From positions 1 to 50,269 of the forward strand of contig JAKQQL010000234.1 in assembly GCA_029564175.1 (NCBI GenBank): DNA of 50,269 nt, read 5' to 3'. This DNA comes from Candidatus Cloacimonadota bacterium (lineage in GTDB: Bacteria; Cloacimonadota; Cloacimonadia; Cloacimonadales; WRIO01). Shown here piece after piece: positions 9,296 through 18,212 of this stretch (position 1 is its first letter; the number at the start of each line of letters is the position of its first letter). The translations under genes were made by a program, and so were the position numbers. The notes under the pieces were generated by a model. That model had not been told where the DNA came from. It ran no database searches and saw nothing but the letters and a program-made list of their open reading frames with translations.

Positions 9296-11017
9296 ATGAG
9301 AACAAAATGGTATTTACTTGGTTGTGCAACTTCCGTTCTTTTGCTAATTGTATTTTTTGTTATATCCATTGTAACGCTTGTGAATACAGGGAAAAAGACT
9401 GAAGTTAAAGTAGAAATGAACTCTGCACTGGTGATTAATCTTGATAAAGTTATTCCTGAATATTCTGAGATTACGGATAATCGTTTTAACATGGTTCCTG
9501 TGTCAGCACATGAGGTGGTTGAAAAAATAAAGTCAGCAAAAATTGACCCTAAAATTAAATGCATTATTTTGAAACCAAATGGTTTTTCTTCTGGTTATGC
9601 CTCATTACATGAAATGATGCTGGCAATTCAGGATTTTAAAAAATCAGGAAAAAAAGTATATGCATACCTGAATATGGTTGGACAAAAAGATTATATTTTC
9701 AGTTCAGTTGCTGATGAAATTTATTTGAATCCATCCGCTTCTGCCGGTATTGTTTTAACAGGTGTCGGTTCAAACTTGACCTTCTATAAAGATATGATGG
9801 ACAAACTGGGTGTCGAATTTAAAATAATCAGAGCTGGAAAATTTAAAGCAGCCGGTGAGACTTTTTCCAGAAACAGTATGTCTCCTGAGTTTAGAAACAA
9901 TCTGATGGAACTTTTTGGAGATATTTATGGCAATTTGTGCAGTGATATTGCCGAAAACAGAAAAATTTCAGCAGATTCTGTGCATTATGTGTTTGAGAAA
10001 CGTCCTAATCTGATCATAAATCAGGAAGAGCCTGTCAAGTATGGCATGATTACTGGCCTCATGCAAGAAGAAGAATTGCTTAAAAAAATCAATATCGACA
10101 AAGATCATATGATATCAGTTGCAAAGTATGAAGCGATTCCTCCAAAAACAGCTGTTAATCAGATTGCCATCATTTATGCAGTGGGTGAAATTACGCCGGT
10201 GAAAGCTCAGTTTGGTCAAATGAATATAACTGCAAAAAATATGAAAAAAGTGATTGATATCGTAAAAAAAGACAACTCAATTAAAGCGGTTGTTTTGAGA
10301 GTTAACAGTCCTGGTGGATCCGCATTGGAATCAGATAAAATTAATTACTATATTGAAGAACTCAAAAAAGTAAAACCAATTGTCGTATCAATGAGTGATG
10401 TAGCTGCTTCTGGCGGTTATTATATCTCTGCCAATGCTAATTATATCTATGCTGATCCCTATTCCATTACGGGTTCAATTGGAGTGATTTCAATGATACC
10501 TGATGTGAACAAACTGGGTAAAAAAATTGGTTTGAAATCAGAAAGTGCAGGATATGGTAAATATGTCAGTGCAATGGATGTATGGAACCCAATAAACCCT
10601 GAACTCATAAATTCATTTCAGGAATCTGTAGATGATACCTATCTTGAATTTAAAACAGTCGTGTCTAGAGGTAGAAAAATCACTGTTGAAGAAGTGGATG
10701 CAATTGCTCAGGGTAAGGTTTGGAGTGCGAATGGTGCTAAAAACGTAAAATTGATTGATGAAATCGGCACACTTACTGATGCGGTTGAAAAAGCAGCAAA
10801 ACTAGTTAATCTAACTACTTATACAACTGCTTTTTACCCCGAAAAGAGAAATCTGCTGAATGCCGTTCTTGAAGAACAGTTTGATATCCAACTGGCAGCA
10901 AAAGTACTTACAGGTAAATACTCTGTTGAATATATCCCTCAACAGATAGAACAAACAATCAAGTCAGTAAAACAAAATCCTCTTCAGATGAAAATGCCTT
11001 TTTCATTCGAAGATTAA
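9296..11017 (+). CDS. sppA: Signal peptide peptidase SppA, 67K type
   Basis: Two S49 domains; GKFKAAGE, RVNSPGGS, AASGGYY, TGSIGV motifs. Confidence 0.95.
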   Translation: MRTKWYLLGCATSVLLLIVFFVISIVTLVNTGKKTEVKVEMNSALVINLDKVIPEYSEITDNRFNMVPVSAHEVVEKIKSAKIDPKIKCIILKPNGFSSGYASLHEMMLAIQDFKKSGKKVYAYLNMVGQKDYIFSSVADEIYLNPSASAGIVLTGVGSNLTFYKDMMDKLGVEFKIIRAGKFKAAGETFSRNSMSPEFRNNLMELFGDIYGNLCSDIAENRKISADSVHYVFEKRPNLIINQEEPVKYGMITGLMQEEELLKKINIDKDHMISVAKYEAIPPKTAVNQIAIIYAVGEITPVKAQFGQMNITAKNMKKVIDIVKKDNSIKAVVLRVNSPGGSALESDKINYYIEELKKVKPIVVSMSDVAASGGYYISANANYIYADPYSITGSIGVISMIPDVNKLGKKIGLKSESAGYGKYVSAMDVWNPINPELINSFQESVDDTYLEFKTVVSRGRKITVEEVDAIAQGKVWSANGAKNVKLIDEIGTLTDAVEKAAKLVNLTTYTTAFYPEKRNLLNAVLEEQFDIQLAAKVLTGKYSVEYIPQQIEQTIKSVKQNPLQMKMPFSFED

Positions 11018-11030
11018 AATTTTAATATCA

Positions 11031-11064
11031 GAAAAACGTGGGCTGAAAATGTCCACGTTTTTTC
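11031..11064 (+). terminator. Intrinsic terminator after sppA
   Basis: AAAAACGTGGGC / GTCCACGTTTTTT hairpin with U-tract. Confidence 0.8.
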
Positions 11065-11187
11065 ATATCCATTTTTCAAGATTAAGATCTTTATGAGTGT
11101 AACAAGATTGAAGCAATCCTAAACAGTGAAATTCTGGTTATTAAATTTTTAACGAATTTAATTGACACAAAATCAAGTATTCTTTAA

Positions 11188-12210
11188 ATGGGCGTTATGG
11201 ATAGAATAAATAAAGAAAAATTAAATGATGTCATCAATACTATCCCTGAAGGTATCGGATTATTTATATGTTACCAGCAGGGAGAAGCACTCTTTTTTAA
11301 AATAACTGAGAACCTTCGTCGCTTTATCGATTTCTATTTGCTTGCAGATACTGAAGATGACAGACTCTTATCTCTCAGACATCGCTATGATTGGCTTGAA
11401 TTTACCTCAAGTAAGGATTTGTTTACCTGTTTGATTGAAGAAAAATTCTTTTTTAAGCAACATCAGCCTGTATTTAACAAGCGTCTGAGAGAATGGGAAA
11501 ATTATGCGTATTTATCACTTCAATGGATGGAAGTCCCTTATATTGCAAGTAGTGGAGATACTTTAAAAAATCAGATTTATATTGGCCCTTTCAGGGATTC
11601 ATTTTTTATTCAGGATGTAATTGATACCTTTGCTGATGTTTATCAGCTTCCCTCCTGCGCTGATGAAGTTTTTCCCTGTGAAAAGATGAATAATCAACAA
11701 TGTGCCGGATTCTGTATGTTTGGTGATCATAGTGATTTAAGAACTATTTTGATTCATTATGTGATGACCCCTAATATCTCTGTTTTGAAAGATTTGAAAA
11801 AGAAAATTGCCCAAACTGAAAATGAACTCAATTTCAATACGTCAGAAATATTACAGGCACAACATAAGCTGATTAGTTCCTATTATAGACAACTACTCTT
11901 TTTATACTGTACCAGACATATTAATGAAACCATTGAAATGAATGGGATGAAGGTCAATATTAGTCAGGGACTGATCAAGACTATAGAAAATACAAATGGA
12001 GAGTCCCTTGCTTATTTCAGAGAAGATTTGCCACGAAATAATGAATTGCTGGCTGTCAACAAAGACGAACTGGACGAAAGATGGATTATTTTCCGGACTT
12101 TAGAAAAAGATAAACCGAACTATATAAAAGAATTGTATCAGAATCAGTTTCATCAGATAGGAAGAATCATTATCGAAGATGCTGATCGTATCAATATGGA
12201 GGAAATATGA
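11188..12210 (+). CDS. Divergent UvrC/Cho N-terminal-like protein (degenerate GIY-YIG, Cys-rich region, UVR-like helix)
   Basis: PEGIGLF..ENLRR..LIEE..HQPVFNKRL..YIGPF..C..C..CAGFC..ENELNF parallels the UvrC N-terminal half; start could be ATG 11197. Confidence 0.6.
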   Translation: MGVMDRINKEKLNDVINTIPEGIGLFICYQQGEALFFKITENLRRFIDFYLLADTEDDRLLSLRHRYDWLEFTSSKDLFTCLIEEKFFFKQHQPVFNKRLREWENYAYLSLQWMEVPYIASSGDTLKNQIYIGPFRDSFFIQDVIDTFADVYQLPSCADEVFPCEKMNNQQCAGFCMFGDHSDLRTILIHYVMTPNISVLKDLKKKIAQTENELNFNTSEILQAQHKLISSYYRQLLFLYCTRHINETIEMNGMKVNISQGLIKTIENTNGESLAYFREDLPRNNELLAVNKDELDERWIIFRTLEKDKPNYIKELYQNQFHQIGRIIIEDADRINMEEI

Positions 12211-13088
12211 TAGAGGAATTAAAAAAACTGCCAATTGTTAAGGCTCATTACTCAGGAAAAGTAAGAGATGTTTTTGATTTAGGGGATCAGTTACTGGTCG
12301 TTACAAGTGACAGAATTTCAGCGTTTGATGTTGTATTTCCAAATATCATACCTGAAAAAGGTAAAATTTTAAATCAAATATCTGTTTTCTTTTTTAAAAA
12401 TACTTCACATATAATTGAAAATCATCTGATTAGCGATCGAGTGGAAGATTTTCCAGCTGAGTTTCATCCTTTTAAAGATCAGCTGGAAAAACGCTCAATG
12501 TTGGTAAAAAAGACTCGTGTTGTTCCCTTTGAATGTATTGCCAGAGGTTATATCTCCGGATCTGCGTGGGAAGAATATAAACAGTTTGGTACGGTCAGCG
12601 GTCAGTTAGTCACCGAGACGATGAAACAAAGCCAAAGATTCCCTCATGCATTATTTACACCTTCAACAAAAGCAGCCGAAGGTCATGATGAAAACATCTC
12701 TTATAAAAAAATGTGTGAAAGACTTGATCTCGAAATTGCAGAGATTCTGAAAGAAAAGAGTCTTGAATTGTACAAGTGGGCTCATCAGTTTTTATTAGAA
12801 AGAGATATCATTATCGCAGATACAAAGTTTGAGTTCGGCTCAATAGATAATAAAATTTATCTGATTGATGAAATTTTTACACCCGATTCCTCACGTTTTT
12901 GGGATAAAGATGAGTATGAAGTAGGTACTTCTCCAAAAAGTTATGACAAACAATTTATTAGAGATTTTGTGTCTCAATCTGGCTGGAATAAAATGCCACC
13001 TGCTCCGGTATTACCTGCTGAAGTCATTGAAAAAAGTTTGGAAAAATACAAAACCATATACCAGAAGATTACAGGAGAACAATTCTAA
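12207..13088 (+). CDS. purC: Phosphoribosylaminoimidazole-succinocarboxamide synthase
   Basis: GKVRDVF, SDRISAFD, ECIARGY, DTKFEFG, TPDSSRFW, DKQFIRD. Confidence 0.98.
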   Translation: MIEELKKLPIVKAHYSGKVRDVFDLGDQLLVVTSDRISAFDVVFPNIIPEKGKILNQISVFFFKNTSHIIENHLISDRVEDFPAEFHPFKDQLEKRSMLVKKTRVVPFECIARGYISGSAWEEYKQFGTVSGQLVTETMKQSQRFPHALFTPSTKAAEGHDENISYKKMCERLDLEIAEILKEKSLELYKWAHQFLLERDIIIADTKFEFGSIDNKIYLIDEIFTPDSSRFWDKDEYEVGTSPKSYDKQFIRDFVSQSGWNKMPPAPVLPAEVIEKSLEKYKTIYQKITGEQF

Positions 13089-13495
13089 TGGAAGAGATAA
13101 AAGACACTGAACAATCAAAAATTATGGTTGTAGTTGATGATGAGAATGATATTTTAGAGTTGTTGCAATCTGAAATTACTGATTATGATGAAACATTCAA
13201 TATAAAAACATTCCATGACGGTTTATCTGCTCTACAGTTTATCAAACAAAACAAATGTGATATCCTGATAACAGATATTGCAATGCCTGATATGGATGGA
13301 TATGAGCTCTATTCACGTGTGAAAGAGTTACGTCCTGCTTTGCCGATTATCATGATGACCGGATTTGGTTATGATCCAAATCACATCGTAGTAAACGCAA
13401 AAAAAGCCGGATTAAAGGATGTTATTTTTAAACCATTTGATATTAATCGTCTGATGACAATGATATATCAAAGACTTTCTGAAGTTCAGGTGTGA
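13088..13495 (+). CDS. Single-domain response regulator (CheY-like)
   Basis: VVDDE, ITDIAMPDMDG, MMTG, KPF. Confidence 0.93.
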   Translation: MEEIKDTEQSKIMVVVDDENDILELLQSEITDYDETFNIKTFHDGLSALQFIKQNKCDILITDIAMPDMDGYELYSRVKELRPALPIIMMTGFGYDPNHIVVNAKKAGLKDVIFKPFDINRLMTMIYQRLSEVQV

Positions 13496-13555
13496 TTAAG
13501 AGATCCTATTGAAATTAGTTCTACAGTAATATATTCAGAAATTGAGGGAGGAAGC

Positions 13556-14011
13556 ATGGAAAAAGAGCAGTTTGAAGCGCTGATGGATTTAGCGATGGAA
13601 CGCGAAATTGAGTCTGCAAAATTCTATCATGATCTTGCGATTGTGATGGATAATCCTGTCGTTAGTGATATTTTTCTCAATCTGTCAAAAGATGAAGAAG
13701 AACATCGAAGTTTTCTGGACAATTACAAACAACAACCCTATATGCACTTAAAATTTAAAGAAATTGAGGCATATCATTTGAACGATAGTGAAGAATTACC
13801 TTTGCTTACGATGAAAATGAAGCCCGAAGATGCAATTAGTCTGGCAATAAAAAAAGAACAACTGGCTGTAGAATTTTATACTGATTTGGCAAATCGCTCT
13901 ATCGATGATGATATTCGTAATACATGCCTTGAACTTGCAAAAATGGAGCATGGACATAAAGTAAAACTGGAATCTCAGTTTGAATTGTTTTTGAATAAGG
14001 GCACTTTTTAA
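13556..14011 (+). CDS. Rubrerythrin-like ferritin-family protein (no rubredoxin domain)
   Basis: Two E..E..FY / ExxH di-iron motifs (EIESAKFY, DEEEH; KEQLAVEFY, MEHGH). Confidence 0.88.
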   Translation: MEKEQFEALMDLAMEREIESAKFYHDLAIVMDNPVVSDIFLNLSKDEEEHRSFLDNYKQQPYMHLKFKEIEAYHLNDSEELPLLTMKMKPEDAISLAIKKEQLAVEFYTDLANRSIDDDIRNTCLELAKMEHGHKVKLESQFELFLNKGTF

Positions 14012-14022
14012 TATCTTACATG

Positions 14023-14117
14023 CGGGAGGATGAAACGGGTGTTTCAACCGGTCTGCAAAACCGGTAGCAGGCGGATAAAACCGTCTGTGGCAGGTTCGAT
14101 TCCTGCCCTCTCAGCCA
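14023..14117 (+). tRNA. selC: tRNA-Sec-type tRNA (7/5 fold) with non-canonical GCA (Cys) anticodon
   Basis: Acceptor CGGGAGG/CCTCTCA, 1-nt linker, D stem TGAAAC-GGGT-GTTTCA, anticodon arm ACCGGT-CT GCA AA-ACCGGT, variable arm GCAGGCGG/CCGTCTGT, T arm GCAGG-TTCGATT-CCTGC, discriminator G, encoded CCA. Confidence 0.85.
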
Positions 14118-14122
14118 ATTTT

Positions 14123-14151
14123 AAGAGACCTTCGGGTCTCTTTTCGTTTTT
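14123..14151 (+). terminator. Intrinsic terminator after the tRNA
   Basis: AAGAGACC-TTCG-GGTCTCTT followed by T-rich tail. Confidence 0.92.
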
Positions 14152-14184
14152 ATGACTAAATCAGTAAAAAAAATAAAAATATGT

Positions 14185-14213
14185 TTGACAAAGTATTGAA
14201 AAATAACTATAAT
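14185..14213 (+). promoter_or_regulatory. Consensus sigma70 promoter
   Basis: TTGACA-17 nt-TATAAT, perfect match, upstream of 14268. Confidence 0.85.
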
Positions 14214-14267
14214 AAACTCAGATAAAGTGGGGGAAAGTAAATTATCAATCATATAAGGGAGGATGAA

Positions 14268-14762
14268 ATGAAAACAGGAAGCAGTCAACTAATGCATGGG
14301 CTGATATTGCTGATGATGATGATTTTGGCAGTTAACCTGATGTTTGCTGATGTTACTGATGTGAGCAAGGAACTTAAAGAAAAGCAGAAAGCTCAGATTA
14401 TGGAAAGTGAAAAGAAAAATGATCCACAAAGCTTTATGCTTGAGAAGGACAAGGTGACAGACGAACAAAAACGTCACGAAATGGAAGTTCAAAGAATGAA
14501 CCTGTGTATTCAGAAAATCAATAACTTCTTAATCAGTAAGGGATATCAAACCGATAATGCCCCTTTTAAAATGAAATTTAAAAATATAATGAAGTTCAAA
14601 TTTAAAAATAAAGCATATCTAAATAATAAAAGATTACCAAAAGAAGTGTCAAAAGAAGTTTTTAAACTTTATTATGAAACTTGTAAACAAGTTCGTACAA
14701 AAACACTCAATTTACCTGAGGGCTTAAAACTATACGATGAGTGCCCTGAACAAAAAGATTAA
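14268..14762 (+). CDS. Secreted hypothetical protein, paralogue of 14895-15371
   Basis: GGAGG RBS, signal peptide ending LMFA-D, clear similarity to the next ORF. Confidence 0.85.
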   Translation: MKTGSSQLMHGLILLMMMILAVNLMFADVTDVSKELKEKQKAQIMESEKKNDPQSFMLEKDKVTDEQKRHEMEVQRMNLCIQKINNFLISKGYQTDNAPFKMKFKNIMKFKFKNKAYLNNKRLPKEVSKEVFKLYYETCKQVRTKTLNLPEGLKLYDECPEQKD

Positions 14763-14789
14763 AATATGAAAAAAACAAAAAATGATATG

Positions 14790-14815
14790 GGCGTTCTTTT
14801 GAGCGCCTTTTATTT
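14790..14815 (+). terminator. Intrinsic terminator between the paralogues
   Basis: GGCGTTC-TTTT-GAGCGCC + TTTTATTT. Confidence 0.7.
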
Positions 14816-14894
14816 CTATGTTAAACTTTTTTAAACTCTTACAAATTTTTAGAATTACTAAAATTTATAATTGAGCATAATGAAAGGAGTCGAT

Positions 14895-15371
14895 ATGGAA
14901 AAGCGTATTAAAACAATTAGCTTTGTATTTGTTTTGTTGTTATTAATAGCTTCATTAGATGCTGATTTTAACAGATCAAGTCTGAATAAAAATGAGGATA
15001 TGTCAAAGTATAAAGTTAACAAACTACCTCAAAAAAGTTACATGGTTGAAGGAAACAGATTGACTGATATTCAGAAGAGAACTGATTTTGAACAGAAGCG
15101 GATTCATCTTTTTTTGATGAAAATCAATGAATACTTGTTAAGCAATGGATTTAATCCTGAAAATGTATCATTTCAAATGAATTTTCGAAATATACTAAAA
15201 CTAAATTTTACAAATGATGTTTATCTAAACGGGAAAAGGCTCCCCCAGCACATCTCAGATGAGATATTTAAAATTTATAAAGAGACCTGTAAGATGATTC
15301 GAACCCGACCAATTGATATTCCGAATGGTATAAACCATTATATAAATGACAATGATGATAATGAAGGGTAA
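14895..15371 (+). CDS. Secreted hypothetical protein, paralogue of 14268-14762
   Basis: AAGGAG RBS then ATG 14895; signal peptide ending SLDA-D; shared YLNxKRLP...ETCK motif. Confidence 0.85.
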   Translation: MEKRIKTISFVFVLLLLIASLDADFNRSSLNKNEDMSKYKVNKLPQKSYMVEGNRLTDIQKRTDFEQKRIHLFLMKINEYLLSNGFNPENVSFQMNFRNILKLNFTNDVYLNGKRLPQHISDEIFKIYKETCKMIRTRPIDIPNGINHYINDNDDNEG

Positions 15372-15379
15372 AGCAATTT

Positions 15380-15976
15380 TCAAATGATTTGATAATCGAG
15401 CTTTTTCCGGATCTGCATCTCGTTGAGTATAGGGAATAGAAAATTTAGCTTTTCTTCATGTATCTCAATTATCAATACGACTTTGTCTGTAAATTCTGTA
15501 TTGAGAATCCTTAGTTCAGGTATGGCAATACGGTGTTTCAGTATATTATAAAAGTCATAATCTGTAGTGATAGAAATACATTTTTTAAAGACTAACTCTT
15601 CAGTCTGAGATTGTTCTATCGCTCTGTCACAGACTCCGCCATAAGCATCAATTAAACCTCTGACTCCTAATTTTATCCCTCCAAAATAACGTGTAACAAC
15701 TGCAACAATATTTGTCATCTGATACTTATTCAGGACATTCAACATCGGTTTCCCAGCAGTTCCTGAGGGCTCTCCGTCATCAGAAGAATGGGATATTTCT
15801 CCCTTGTTACCTACTATGTAAGCCCAACAGTTATGGGTTGCATTTTGATGCTCCTGGTTGATTTGAGTAATAAAATCTTTAGCTTCCTGCCAGGTGTTAA
15901 CTGGACATAACTGGGCAATAAAGGTAGATTTTTGAATTTTTTCTTCGTAGATAATCAAGTCTTTAATGATTTTCAT
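15380..15976 (-). CDS. yigZ: YigZ/IMPACT family protein
   Basis: ATHNCWAY, DDGEPSGTAG, VVTRYFGGIKLG; start taken at ATG 15976. Confidence 0.95.
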   Translation of the reverse strand: MKIIKDLIIYEEKIQKSTFIAQLCPVNTWQEAKDFITQINQEHQNATHNCWAYIVGNKGEISHSSDDGEPSGTAGKPMLNVLNKYQMTNIVAVVTRYFGGIKLGVRGLIDAYGGVCDRAIEQSQTEELVFKKCISITTDYDFYNILKHRIAIPELRILNTEFTDKVVLIIEIHEEKLNFLFPILNEMQIRKKLDYQII

Positions 15977-16035
15977 GTATGTAATAATTGTGTACCGGCT
16001 CACCTGTAGGGGGTAAGCCGGTAAATTTAGTGATA

Positions 16036-18075
16036 TTATAAAGCTTCGAATGCTTTATTTAAAATTTCTGTTCCAGGCAGAACAAAGCGGCAGTCACGAA
16101 TAATATCAATATGATCACCATTCTCAGTAACTGCTTCAATCAAGGCGATTTCATCGTAAGGCAGAGTTATGTCAACATGAACCTGAGTATAAGCCTTGGA
16201 AGGATCTTCCTTTCTAAGTATTGAACGTTCATTGTCACGTGAGATGATTTCCTTGCCATCAGGATTCAGTGCTACGGTGTCTTCTTCCCAAGAATAACAG
16301 GTATCTCCAATGGCAATATGCGGACCCATCTTTTCAATAATCAATATTGGTAAGACAGACATTATATCGTATTTTTTTGCAACAACATAAGCGAGCGTAT
16401 TTGTGCCGATGGCAAATTCTCCAATTGGCAGAGATTTATGAGGAAAAATCAGATTTTCTTCTATGTATTTTTTATTTTCTTCTTCTTTATCAAAATTGGC
16501 ACAACTATAATTGGATATACAACCGTCTTCAAAATCAAGTGTTAGTTCTTTGTAAAAAAGGCCATTGAGGAAAGTCTCAGAAATGTGAAGTCGGCCATGT
16601 GTCCCGGTTAACTGAGGCGTATTGAATACCTCTCCAACAGGAATATTTACGGTTGCTCCGCAATTCGCAAAATTCGTTTGTTTTTCAGGGTCAGTTAGTT
16701 TTGGTAATTTGATGTATAAATCAGTCAGATTATTGCCTTTTCCTTTGATATGAGCATGCTCACCTTTATCCAACGCATCAATCAGGCATTGCTGAATCTT
16801 AAGATATTCATAATGGTCCAGCATATTGATATCGACAGTTTTATCAAAAATCTCTTCAAACTGATCTCCGATTTCTGGTGTTGGGAAACCAATTATGCAG
16901 AAACTGGCTTCTTCACGTTTGTATGCTTTGTAAAACATCATTGAATACTGATTTGAGAAATTGCGATTTATTTCAATCTGTTCCGGGCTTAACTTCAATG
17001 CTGCTGTTTTGTTAACTGGTGCAAATGGTTCTTCTCCAAATGGATCAAAATAGATAGATCCGGAGCATTGAGATAATATGGCTTCATAATCTTTAATCGC
17101 TCTTTCGCTTTCAATCAGGCTGTGTTTAACAAATTCTTCATCCATAACAAGCGCATTGTCAAAACGGTGGTCATATCCTAACTGCTGATTGATATTTTTG
17201 GAGAAAAGGCTAGGAACAATCGGATTAAAACCAAAGTTTCTCAACTCTTTAAGAAGTGTTTTGGTAAAACGTTCCATACCCAGCATAGATATCAATACTA
17301 CGTTTTTACGTTTTGTATAATCTTTATTGCTTTCTTTAAAACCTTCAACATAGGCAATAGCCGTTTGTTTCATTACTTTGTCTATTTTATCCTGAGCCAG
17401 TTGATTGACAAACTGAGCCATTCTGATTTCATAATCACTGATGTAATTTCCAAAATAGAAAAGGTATCTTAAATCAGTCAGATCAGTATTTTCAATGAAG
17501 TCTGTTAAATATGCATATTCAGGATTGTAACGCATGTCAAAACCGAGTGTACGGGATTCATAAGTCTCAGCCCAATAAGGATAAGTAACAATTTTTTTAA
17601 ATTCTTCATAGTCTTCGCCTTTTTGGCAGTAAATTTCGTACATTTGAATAAATTGAACAATACTACGATTGATTTTGAAAATCATATGAGTTGTCGCATA
17701 AGAGATAAAAGAACGGAATCCAGAATAGAAAACGCACAATAACTGACCAGTCTTTTCTCCAAAAGCCTGTACAGCATATTCAGGATTTAAGAAAGACTTT
17801 TCATAATTTTCAGGTTTGATTTCATTGAATAAAATTTCGTTAAATGATTTCAGTTCTTCAAAAGTATGTTTTAAGAGATATTCCTTTGAAAAATCCTTTT
17901 CATACTCAGCAATCAGTAAAATCCATTGAGCGAGCTGCTCAAAATATCGTGTATAATGGGTTTTATCCTGAGCCTGAATTTCTATAAAAATGTTCTGAAC
18001 CTTATTCAGATTGTTTTGATAATCAGCATCTACAGGATTGTTTTTGGCTTCAAAGTATTTTCTTACATCAAACAT
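16036..18075 (-). CDS. M29 (aminopeptidase T/AmpS-like) metallo-aminopeptidase with long N-terminal extension
   Basis: NIPVGEVF, GEFAIGTN, EKMGPHIAIGD, HVDIT motifs in the C-terminal half. Confidence 0.88.
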   Translation of the reverse strand: MFDVRKYFEAKNNPVDADYQNNLNKVQNIFIEIQAQDKTHYTRYFEQLAQWILLIAEYEKDFSKEYLLKHTFEELKSFNEILFNEIKPENYEKSFLNPEYAVQAFGEKTGQLLCVFYSGFRSFISYATTHMIFKINRSIVQFIQMYEIYCQKGEDYEEFKKIVTYPYWAETYESRTLGFDMRYNPEYAYLTDFIENTDLTDLRYLFYFGNYISDYEIRMAQFVNQLAQDKIDKVMKQTAIAYVEGFKESNKDYTKRKNVVLISMLGMERFTKTLLKELRNFGFNPIVPSLFSKNINQQLGYDHRFDNALVMDEEFVKHSLIESERAIKDYEAILSQCSGSIYFDPFGEEPFAPVNKTAALKLSPEQIEINRNFSNQYSMMFYKAYKREEASFCIIGFPTPEIGDQFEEIFDKTVDINMLDHYEYLKIQQCLIDALDKGEHAHIKGKGNNLTDLYIKLPKLTDPEKQTNFANCGATVNIPVGEVFNTPQLTGTHGRLHISETFLNGLFYKELTLDFEDGCISNYSCANFDKEEENKKYIEENLIFPHKSLPIGEFAIGTNTLAYVVAKKYDIMSVLPILIIEKMGPHIAIGDTCYSWEEDTVALNPDGKEIISRDNERSILRKEDPSKAYTQVHVDITLPYDEIALIEAVTENGDHIDIIRDCRFVLPGTEILNKAFEAL

Positions 18076-18212
18076 TTCAGCACTCCAATCATCTTCATTT
18101 CATTTTTATAATACAAAAATTCATAAGGCTGATTTAGTCAAATGTTTTTTTCTTGACAGCTTATGATTTTTATGTTTTGATAGGATTTGAATTTATTAAT
18201 GAGGTAATATGA

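Noticed and set aside
14023..14117. Ordinary tRNA-Cys(GCA) or a cysteinylated selC*-type tRNA
   Set aside because: Discriminator is G, not the U73 needed by CysRS; the long variable arm and 6-bp D stem/4-nt loop are not tRNA-Cys features
14118..15371. Genomic island integrated at the tRNA
   Set aside because: No integrase and no duplicated tRNA 3' end seen
15993..16023. TACCGGCT...AGCCGGTA hairpin as another REP copy
   Set aside because: Different geometry, single copy; more likely an intercistronic stem-loop after the aminopeptidase
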